Source: Pseudomonadota bacterium
GTDB taxonomy: Bacteria > Myxococcota_A > UBA9160 > PR03
Length of the DNA: 64,000 bases
NCBI GenBank assembly: GCA_003576805.1
Contig: QEVM01000003.1
Span: 1,016 to 65,015 of the forward strand
Reading direction: 5' to 3'
Position 1 is the first letter of the stretch; each line of letters opens with the position of its first letter. The position numbers were made by a program, and so were the translations under genes. The notes beneath the pieces were generated by a model. It searched no databases, was not told the origin of the DNA, and worked only from the letters and a program-made list of their open reading frames with translations. This document shows positions 48,357-57,591 of the stretch, one piece after another.

Positions 48357-49501
48357 GGGCTTTGCTCCATCAGGGTTCCCCACACGGCCGCGAGGCGGTC
48401 CGCGCCGACCCGGCGCAGGATCGCGTTGCGGCGCGCGAGCCGCTCCGGCCCGAGGCGCCGGTTGGCCTCCATGCGCGCGAGCGACTCGCGCTGCACGAAG
48501 CCGGTGCGCGGCCGGCGCCGCGCCTCGAAGCGCGCGAGCGCGGGCGCGACGCCGTCGCCGGCGGCCAGCGCATCGCACAGCACGGCTGCGTCCTCGAACG
48601 CCATCGCACCGCCTTGTGCCAGGGTCGGCGCGCTCGCGTGCGCCGCGTCGCCGATCAGCACGCATCGGCCCCGGTGCCAGGGCTCTTGAGCGACGTTCCA
48701 GTAGCGCGAAGGGACGAGGGCCGTCGCCTCGCCGACGCCGTCGATCACCTCGCGCGCGGGGCCCTCGAAGTCGGCGAAGAGCGCGCGCAGCTGGGCGTGC
48801 GGCGGATCGCCCTGCGCGAGCGGCAGCGCGACGTCCGCGGGACCGGCCCCGCAGTACACGGCGTCGCCGGGCAGCGGGTGCAGCAGCAACGTGCGGCCGT
48901 CGCCCAGCATGTAGAGCGGGTCGTCGAGCCCGCGCGGGCGCCGCGCGACGAAGCGCCAGCCCGCGAAGCCCGCGATCGGCGCGGGCGCGGGCGCGCCGAA
49001 CACGAGCGCGCGCACGCGCGATTGCACGCCGTCGGCGCCGATCACGAGGTCGTACTGCGCGCGGCTGCCGTCGGAAAGCAGCGCGCCGGCGCGTTCGCCT
49101 TGCGTGTCGAGGCGCTCGACGCTGACGCCGCAGCGCGGGCGCAGCGGCGCGGCGGCGTCGAGCAGCGCGCGGCGCAGCGCGGCGCGGTGCACGCTCGCGA
49201 AGTCGGGCCACGCGGGACGCCGGCCCGCGACGTCGACGTGGAACAGCTCGCGATGGCGGTGGTCGCTGAAGCGCACGCGCGCGACGGGCCGGCCGACCGC
49301 GCGCACGCGATCGCCGGCGCCGAGCCGGTCGAGCGCGGCGAACGCGTTGCCCGTGAGCAGGATGCCGGCGCCGGCGTCCGCGGCATCGCCGTCGCGCAGC
49401 TCGAGCCACTCCACCTCGGCGCCCGCATCGCGCAGTCCCGCGGCGACCGCGGCGCCCGCGAGGCCCGCTCCGACGATCAGCACGCGGAGCGGCCCGCTCA
49501 C
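48350..49501 (-). CDS. FAD-dependent aromatic-ring-type monooxygenase (UbiH/salicylate hydroxylase class A)
   Basis: 'RVLIVGAGLAGAAVA' (GxGxxG), 'LVIGADGVQSRVR' (DG motif), 'VLIGDAAHASAPTLAQGGAMAFEDA' (GD motif). GTG overlaps the upstream stop (GTGA). Confidence 0.85.
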   Translation of the reverse strand: MSGPLRVLIVGAGLAGAAVAAGLRDAGAEVEWLELRDGDAADAGAGILLTGNAFAALDRLGAGDRVRAVGRPVARVRFSDHRHRELFHVDVAGRRPAWPDFASVHRAALRRALLDAAAPLRPRCGVSVERLDTQGERAGALLSDGSRAQYDLVIGADGVQSRVRALVFGAPAPAPIAGFAGWRFVARRPRGLDDPLYMLGDGRTLLLHPLPGDAVYCGAGPADVALPLAQGDPPHAQLRALFADFEGPAREVIDGVGEATALVPSRYWNVAQEPWHRGRCVLIGDAAHASAPTLAQGGAMAFEDAAVLCDALAAGDGVAPALARFEARRRPRTGFVQRESLARMEANRRLGPERLARRNAILRRVGADRLAAVWGTLMEQSPW

Positions 49502-50445
49502 GACGGCGCCCGCGTCTCCGCCCGCACCTGCTGCATGCGCCAGAGCAGCTCGTCCACGACGCGCCAGCCGTCCATCGCGCCGCGACACGAGAGCTCGAAC
49601 ATGCGCAGGCTCTCGCCGGCTTCCACCTTCACGCGCGGCAGGCTGCCCGCCGCGGCGCCCGGGCGGATCGCGCCGTGCAGCGCGTTGAACACGACCTCGT
49701 AGCCGACCTCGGTGAGCATGCGCTCGGTCGCCTCGTTGAAGTCGGCGCGCGTGCCGAACGGATACGCGAACGCGCGCGGCGGCGCGCCGAGGCGCTCCGC
49801 GAGCAGCGCGCGCGAGCGCTCCGCCTGCGCGCGCGCGTCGCCGAGCGAGAGCCGCCCGAGCGAGACGTGGTCGAAGGCGTGCGAGCCGATCTCGACGCCG
49901 GCGTCGCGCACGCGCGCGAGCTCGTCCCACGCGAGGAACGGCTCGGGCGCGTCGGGACCGACGCCGCTGCCGATGCAGCCCGCGGAGACGAAGAACACCG
50001 CCGGCACGCCGTGCTCGCGCAGCACCGGCAGCGCGACGTCGAGCACGCTGCGGTAGCCGTCGTCGATCGTGACGAGGACGGCGTCGGGCGCGAGCGCGCG
50101 GCGGCCCGCGGCGAACGCGAGCACGTCGTCGAGCGAGACGAGGCGTCCCGCGCGCGCGAGGCTGCGCATCTGCGCGTCGAAGTCGCGCTGCGGCACGCAC
50201 CACGGGTCGCGCGGCAGGTCGCCGAAGCGGTGATAGGTGAGCGCGCGGACGCGGGCCCCCGCGCCGAGGCGCGCGCGCAGCGCGACCGCCCCGGTGCCCC
50301 AGGCGCCGAAGGCCAGCGCGGCGCGCGCGACCTTCTTCGCGATCCAGCGACGTCGATCCAGGTCGGCATCCCCTCTCTTGGCGAGTGACTGCGCGGGCCG
50401 CGCAGGGTACAGGAATCCCGCGTACCGATCGCGTCTCCGGCGCAT
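49498..50445 (-). CDS. Polysaccharide deacetylase (NodB-homology, CE4-like)
   Basis: 'VLVTIDDGYRS' (DD motif), 'PAVFFV', 'IGSHAFDH', 'FAYPFG' NodB motifs. Confidence 0.85.
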   Translation of the reverse strand: MRRRRDRYAGFLYPARPAQSLAKRGDADLDRRRWIAKKVARAALAFGAWGTGAVALRARLGAGARVRALTYHRFGDLPRDPWCVPQRDFDAQMRSLARAGRLVSLDDVLAFAAGRRALAPDAVLVTIDDGYRSVLDVALPVLREHGVPAVFFVSAGCIGSGVGPDAPEPFLAWDELARVRDAGVEIGSHAFDHVSLGRLSLGDARAQAERSRALLAERLGAPPRAFAYPFGTRADFNEATERMLTEVGYEVVFNALHGAIRPGAAAGSLPRVKVEAGESLRMFELSCRGAMDGWRVVDELLWRMQQVRAETRAPS

Positions 50446-50560
50446 CGGCCGCGCGTCGCGGGTTCGCGAGCGCGCAGTCGATACGCTCTCGATAGAATGG
50501 GCTCCAGCGGCTCCGGAAAGCAGCCGAGACGCAATCGCGTCGCAGACGAGAAGGTATTTC

Positions 50561-51685
50561 TTGGCGATTCAGGTCGTTCCGTACACCGAAGAGTGGGTCG
50601 AAGGCGTGCGCGCCTTCAACGCGCGCATGCGGGACGCGAATCTGCACTGGGGCTGGTACGCGACGCCGGTGGACGCCTGGCTCGACGCGCCGCCCGGCAA
50701 GCACAAGACCTGGCGCGAGCACCATCTCGCGGTCGAGGACGGCCAGCACGTGCGCGGCGCCTTTGCGCTCAAGCCGCACGAGTGGTGGATCCACGGCCAG
50801 CCGCGCACCGTCACCGACTGGCAGGGGCCGATCACCGAGGCCGCCTACGATCCGCGCTTCGCGATGCTCGGCGTGCGCCTGATGCGCGAGATGCTGCGCC
50901 AGCATCCGCTGCTCTACAGCTGGGGCCACGGCGGCGCCGAGCAGCCGATGCTGCGCATGATCGAGAAGATGGGCTTCGTGCTGCACGCGACGCCGTTCTG
51001 CCTGCGCATCCTGCGCCCGTTCCGCTTCCTGCGCCGCAACCGCTACCTGAGGCACTCGCCGCGCAATCGGCTCGCGCTCGACGTCGCCGCGTTCTCGGGC
51101 GCGGGCGGCGTCGCGCTGCCGCTCCTGCACGCGGCGCTCGCCGCGCGCGAGCGGCGCAGCGCGCCCGCGCAGGCGACGCCCTTCGAGCGCTTCGAGGGGT
51201 GGGCCGACGCGCTCTGGGAGCGCTGTCGCGGCCGCTACGCCGCGATCGCGACGCGCGACGCCGAGACGATGAACGTGCTGCTGCGGCCGGGCGGCTGGCC
51301 GGCGGCGATCAAGCTGCGCGTCGAGCGCGGCGGCGAGACGCTCGGCTGGGCCGCGGTCCTCGACACGCAGATGGAGGACGACCGCCGCTTCGGCACGCTG
51401 CGGCTCGGCTCGCTGATCGATGCGCTCGCGAAGCCCGAGGACGCCGAGGCGGTCGTCGGCGCCGCGTTCCGCTTCCTGCGCGCGCGCGGCGTCGACCTCG
51501 TCGTGTCGAACCAGGCGCATCCCGCGTGGGCCGCCGGCTTCGCGGCGCACGGCTTCCTCGTGCTGCCGGGCCGGCGTCTGCTCGCGATGTCGCCCGCCAT
51601 GCACGACGCCTTCGCGCCGCTCGCGGAGACGACCGCCGGCCTCCACATGACGAATCTCGACGGCCACGGCCCGATGCGGATGTAG
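50561..51685 (+). CDS. Hypothetical acyltransferase-like protein (possible GNAT/FemAB-like fold; weak call)
   Basis: GC3-biased 374-codon frame divergent from the deacetylase operon. TTG 50561 follows GAGAAGG. Length and C-terminal 'GVDLVVSNQAHPAWAAGFAAHGF' resemble FemAB/Acetyltransf_6-type proteins found beside deacetylases. Not verified. Confidence 0.4.
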   Translation: MAIQVVPYTEEWVEGVRAFNARMRDANLHWGWYATPVDAWLDAPPGKHKTWREHHLAVEDGQHVRGAFALKPHEWWIHGQPRTVTDWQGPITEAAYDPRFAMLGVRLMREMLRQHPLLYSWGHGGAEQPMLRMIEKMGFVLHATPFCLRILRPFRFLRRNRYLRHSPRNRLALDVAAFSGAGGVALPLLHAALAARERRSAPAQATPFERFEGWADALWERCRGRYAAIATRDAETMNVLLRPGGWPAAIKLRVERGGETLGWAAVLDTQMEDDRRFGTLRLGSLIDALAKPEDAEAVVGAAFRFLRARGVDLVVSNQAHPAWAAGFAAHGFLVLPGRRLLAMSPAMHDAFAPLAETTAGLHMTNLDGHGPMRM

Positions 51686-51743
51686 TCGCTCCGCGGCGAT
51701 CGCGACGGAGTAGGATCGACGGGACCACCTGAAGGAGGTCCCC

Positions 51744-52169
51744 GTGCGCCGGATCCCCGTCTTCGTCGCCATCCTCGCGCTGCTCGCGGCCGCCGCGCCC
51801 GCCGCCCGCGCCATCTTCTCGTCGCCGATCCACGCGGGCTGCTACATCGCGGCGCCGGGCGACTGCCGGATCCGCGTCGATCCGTTCACCGTGAACGTCG
51901 CGTCGGGCGAGAAGCTGGTGCGCCTCCAGCTCACGGCGGCGCGCGTCGGCGCCGGCTCCAGCGTGGTCTACGACTGGCGCCCCGACGTCTCGAACCCCGT
52001 GCCGTCGGGCGGCGCCAGCACGTACGCGCCGGCGATCCCGAGCCTCGACGTCGCGGCGGCGTGCGGCGAGGCGTACGTGCTCTCGCTCCAGGGCCAGGAC
52101 ACCGGCGACGCGAACCTGCTGAACGCGGGCCAGACCGAAGCGTTCACGTGTCCGAGCGCCGTTCCGTGA
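51744..52169 (+). CDS. Small secreted 4-Cys protein (paralog A, no sorting tag)
   Basis: Signal peptide [23 protein letters not shown]. Aligns along its length with the next gene (CY.A..G.CR...DPF...VYD...NP...Y.P..P...A.C.E.YVL...QD.GDA...T.A..CP). Confidence 0.6.
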   Translation: MRRIPVFVAILALLAAAAPAARAIFSSPIHAGCYIAAPGDCRIRVDPFTVNVASGEKLVRLQLTAARVGAGSSVVYDWRPDVSNPVPSGGASTYAPAIPSLDVAAACGEAYVLSLQGQDTGDANLLNAGQTEAFTCPSAVP

Positions 52170-52650
52170 CGCGCCGCGCGCGCGCGCTCGTGTGGGCGGC
52201 CGCTTGCGCCTCGCTCGCGACGGGCGCCGCGGAGGCGTTCGTCAGCGCGAGCCCGATCGCCGCCGCGTGCTACGCGGCGGAGCGCGGCTGCCGCGTGCAG
52301 CTCGATCCGTTCGCGCTCGAGGTCCCGCTCGGGCGCCGCCTCGCGCACGTCTCGATCGAGCTGGACGGGCAGCCCGTCTACGACTTCTCGACGGACGCGA
52401 GCAACCCGCCCGCCGGCGCCTACGTGCCGACCTTGCCGGCGCGCGGCTTCGCGGCGCGCTGCGAGGAAAGCTACGTGCTGACGGTGCGCGCGCAGGACGA
52501 CGGCGACGCGGTCGCGTCCGTGGCGGCGCAGACCGACGCGATTCCGTGTCCCGTGCGCGTTCCGGAGCCCGAAGCGAGCCTCGCGGCGGGCGCTGCGCTC
52601 GGCGTGCTGCTGGCTCGTCGCCGACGCAGGACTCGGTCTATCCTGCGCGC

Positions 52651-52654
<4 letters not shown>
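52166..52654 (+). CDS. Small secreted 4-Cys protein (paralog B) with PEP-CTERM tag
   Basis: GTG 52166 overlaps the paralog A stop (GTGA). Tail '[24 protein letters not shown]' at 52559-52651. Its stop overlaps the BVMO start (ATGA). Confidence 0.65.
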
Positions 52655-54447
<1,793 letters not shown>

Positions 54448-54578
54448 AGCCGTGCGTGCGGCGCGCCTTGCGGGGCCGCGGGTGTGTCGTCTACGACACG
54501 CCTGCGCTATGGCTTGCTCACGCGGCTGTGCCGCCCGCGCTCTCCGACGGAGAGTGTTCACTCGAGGAGAAAGCTGCC

Positions 54579-54956
54579 ATGCGCATCCCGTACCTGATCG
54601 CAGCGAGCTTGGTCGTCGCCAGTCCGATCGCCGCTTGGGCGCATCCGGACAACGGCTCCGGCCGCTACTACGTCGAGATCCACACCGCCAACTCCAACTA
54701 CCACGATCCCAACGACCTCAAGGCCTACGCCGATCCGGGTCCCGGCCCGGCCGTGGACGGCGAGGGCGACCAGCTCGACACCGACGGACCGCGACCGCCC
54801 GGACTGGTGTCCTCGCCGGGGCGCATCGAAGGAATCGAGCCGGGTCGCCCGCTGGATGCGGCGCTGCTGAGCGACCCCTCGATCGTGAAGTGGCCGACGC
54901 TCGACAAGTCGCTCTGGGAGAAGCACAAGGGCAGCTATCAGATCGTCCCGCGCTGA
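54579..54956 (+). CDS. Small secreted hypothetical protein (125 aa)
   Basis: GAGGAGAAAG RBS. Signal peptide MRIPYLIAASLVVASPIAAWA/HP. High GC3. No family recognised. Confidence 0.55.
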   Translation: MRIPYLIAASLVVASPIAAWAHPDNGSGRYYVEIHTANSNYHDPNDLKAYADPGPGPAVDGEGDQLDTDGPRPPGLVSSPGRIEGIEPGRPLDAALLSDPSIVKWPTLDKSLWEKHKGSYQIVPR

Positions 54957-55150
54957 ACGCGCGACGATCGCTCCCGATCGGCTCCCGCCGCCGCGAAGTG
55001 GCGCCGGGAGCCGATTCCTTTTCGGGCCCACCGGAGCGCGCGCGGTCGCTGCGCAACGGCGGCCTAGTCCGATCGGCGGAGGCGGCGAACCGGCGTCCCG
55101 CGTAGGGTGGCGATCGAGCGGAGTCGTCCGCTCGATCGGAGCCCACTGCG

Positions 55151-56989
55151 ATGCGGAACGCGCGACTGCCCTCCGTTCCTTGCCGGCGCGGCGCGGCGTC
55201 GCTGGCGCTCGTGGTGCTGGCCCTGGCGTTCGCGGCGGCGGCGGACGCGCGCACGCGCACCTTCTGCGGCGTCGTGAAGCGGAGCTGCGGCGGCCATCTC
55301 CAGCCCGTCTGCACGAGCGGCGCGGCGTGCGACGCCGGCCACAGGCAGTACTCCGGCTCGCCCTTCCCGATCACGATCAACTGCCCGTGGCCGATCGCGG
55401 ACGTCCGCGTGACCGCCGGCTGCTACGACGAGCGCCCGGACTGCGGCGACTGCAGCGCGCAGGGCCAGATCCCGTGTCCGGTCGAGGCCGAGCCCTGGTG
55501 CACGGCCGGCTGCGACGCCGGCCTCGAGCCGGATCCGATCGCGGGACTGTGTCAGGAGCCGGGCAGCTTCGAGCTGCCCAAGGCCGGCGCGAACGAGAGC
55601 TGCGCGCCGGGCCTCGTCGCGTGCGACGAGGGCCTCCAGTGCACGCTCGCGCTGCTCTGCTCGCACGAGCCGGCGCGCGAGGGCGAGACCTGCGACGTCG
55701 GCGCGCCGTGCGGCGACGGGCTCTTCTGCGCCGCCGGCGTGCCGCAGGTGTGCAAACGCGAGCGGACGGTCGGCCAGGGCTGCTCGGTGCTGAACCCGTG
55801 CGCCGACGGCCTCTCGTGCGAGGCGTGCTTCACGGAACGGTGTCGGGCGCCGTTCCAGTGCTTCCCGAACGCCAACGGCGGCATCCTCAGCGAGCAGCAG
55901 TGCCGCACGCTCTACAGCCGGGAGCTCTCCGACGCGGCCGCCGACCTCGGGCTCGCGATGACGTACGGAGCGGGCGACGGCGCGGCGCTCGGCGTCGGCG
56001 AGTCGCAGTCGATCGGCGTCGCGTACGGCGCGAACGGCGAGTACGGCTGCTGGACGAACCTGTGCGCGGGCGCCGGCGTCGTCGCGTCGTTGTCGGCTTC
56101 CGTCTCGGTCGGCTTCTACGACGACTACGCGTATCTGGACGGCGACACCTTCGCGGTCGTCGAGGAGGCGGGCGCGGTCGTCAGCTTCGCGACGTCGCAG
56201 GTGTTCCAGCTCGGCGACGACCTGCTCCCGTTCGGACCGGTGATCGGGACCGAGGACGCGCTCTCGATCGGCGTCGGCATCCCGCTCGCGGCGGGCGCGT
56301 ACGTCTGCACCGGCACGCTCGACACGCTCACCGTCGAGCCGGGCGAGAACGATCCGCCGCCCTCGCCGCTGCCCGCGCTCGAGATGATCGTGAACCCGGA
56401 CTTCGACGCGGACCTCGCCGCCTGGCAGTGCAGTGCGGGCGCGCAGTGCGCGTGGGTCGCCGACGCACCGGCGGGCTTCGGCGCGGGCCGCGTGCGCAGT
56501 CCGCTCGCGGGCGCGCAGGCGGGCCGGCTCGCGTCGAGCTGCGTCAGCGTTCAGGAAGGGCTGCCCTATCGCGGCGCCGCCTGGGCGCGCGCGACGGGCG
56601 CGCGCGACGGCGTGCTCGCGCTGCACTGGAGCACGACCGACGCGTGCGGCGACGTGGCCGCGACCGACGTGCTGGGCAGCGCGCCCGCGGACGGAACGTG
56701 GCGGCGCGTGGCGGCCGTGACGACGGCGCCCGCCGGCGCGCGCACCGTGCGGCTCGTCGCCGAGGCGCTGCGCGACGACACCGGCGCGGCGAGCGAGATG
56801 CGCATCGACGCGGCCTACGTGCCCGAGCCGCATGCGGCGCTCGCCGGGCTCGCGGCGCTCGTGTCGCTCGCGTGCGCTGGACGGCGCCGCCGCCCGGCTG
56901 GCATGATGCGCCCCGGTGAAGATGCTGGTCTGCGACGATCACGCGGTGTTCCGCATGGGCCTGCGCGCCGTGCTGCGCGCGATCGATGA
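55151..56989 (+). CDS. Cys-rich secreted protein with PEP-CTERM tag followed by a 31-codon extension
   Basis: 27 Cys in the first ~250 residues, including 3 x 'C-x5-6-C-x-[DE/G]G-L-x-C' units (55601-55843). 'VPEPHAALAGLAALVSLACAGRRRR' at 56819-56893. The frame stays open to 56989, overlapping the next gene. Confidence 0.7.
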   Translation: MRNARLPSVPCRRGAASLALVVLALAFAAAADARTRTFCGVVKRSCGGHLQPVCTSGAACDAGHRQYSGSPFPITINCPWPIADVRVTAGCYDERPDCGDCSAQGQIPCPVEAEPWCTAGCDAGLEPDPIAGLCQEPGSFELPKAGANESCAPGLVACDEGLQCTLALLCSHEPAREGETCDVGAPCGDGLFCAAGVPQVCKRERTVGQGCSVLNPCADGLSCEACFTERCRAPFQCFPNANGGILSEQQCRTLYSRELSDAAADLGLAMTYGAGDGAALGVGESQSIGVAYGANGEYGCWTNLCAGAGVVASLSASVSVGFYDDYAYLDGDTFAVVEEAGAVVSFATSQVFQLGDDLLPFGPVIGTEDALSIGVGIPLAAGAYVCTGTLDTLTVEPGENDPPPSPLPALEMIVNPDFDADLAAWQCSAGAQCAWVADAPAGFGAGRVRSPLAGAQAGRLASSCVSVQEGLPYRGAAWARATGARDGVLALHWSTTDACGDVAATDVLGSAPADGTWRRVAAVTTAPAGARTVRLVAEALRDDTGAASEMRIDAAYVPEPHAALAGLAALVSLACAGRRRRPAGMMRPGEDAGLRRSRGVPHGPARRAARDR

Positions 56990-57560
56990 GGACGCGGAGC
57001 TGCTCGAAGCCGCCGACGGCGGCGAGGCGCTGCGGCTCGCTGCGCAGCATCCCGACCTCGACCTCGTGCTGCTCGACCTCGAGATGCCCGGCGTGGACGG
57101 CCGCACCGGGCTGCGCCGGCTGCGCGCCGCGCACCCGGAGATCCCGGTCGTGATCGTGTCGGCCGCGGCCGACGGCGCGCAGATGCGCGCGTCGCTCGAC
57201 GCGGGCGCGTCCGGGTACGTGCCGAAGGGCATGCCCGCGGCCGAGATGCGCGCGGCGCTCCAGCTCGTGCTCGCCGGCGGCGTCTACGTTCCGCGCGGCG
57301 CGCTCGGCGCGCCGCCCGACGCAGCGAAGAGTCACGAGGCGCGGCGGCGGCGCGTCGCGGGCCTCACGCCGCGCCAGCGCGACGTGCTGCTGCTCGTGGT
57401 GCGCGGCCTCACCAACCGCGAGATCTGCGGCGTGCTCGCGATCGCGGAGGGCACGGTGAAGGCGCACGTCGCGGCGATCCTCGACGCGCTCGGCGCGAGC
57501 AATCGCACGGAGGCCGCGATGCTCGCGCGCGAGCTGGGTCTCGACGACCCGGCCGCGTAG
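56916..57560 (+). CDS. NarL/FixJ-type response regulator (REC + LuxR HTH)
   Basis: 'MLVCDDHAVFR...DLVLLDLEMPGVDG' receiver. 'LTPRQRDVLLLVVRGLTNREICGVLAIAEGTVKAHV' LuxR HTH. Start is GTG 56916 or ATG 56922. Confidence 0.9.
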   Translation: MKMLVCDDHAVFRMGLRAVLRAIDEDAELLEAADGGEALRLAAQHPDLDLVLLDLEMPGVDGRTGLRRLRAAHPEIPVVIVSAAADGAQMRASLDAGASGYVPKGMPAAEMRAALQLVLAGGVYVPRGALGAPPDAAKSHEARRRRVAGLTPRQRDVLLLVVRGLTNREICGVLAIAEGTVKAHVAAILDALGASNRTEAAMLARELGLDDPAA

Positions 57561-57591
57561 CGCAAGCGCGCGGCGGCGGACGGAGCGCCCG

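Noticed and set aside
56893-56989. Treating the 31-codon extension after the PEP-CTERM tag as a functional domain
   Set aside because: It is Arg/Gly/Pro-rich with no motif and overlaps the response-regulator gene. Read-through from a lost stop or a sequence error is more likely. It is kept as a finding to check, not as a feature.
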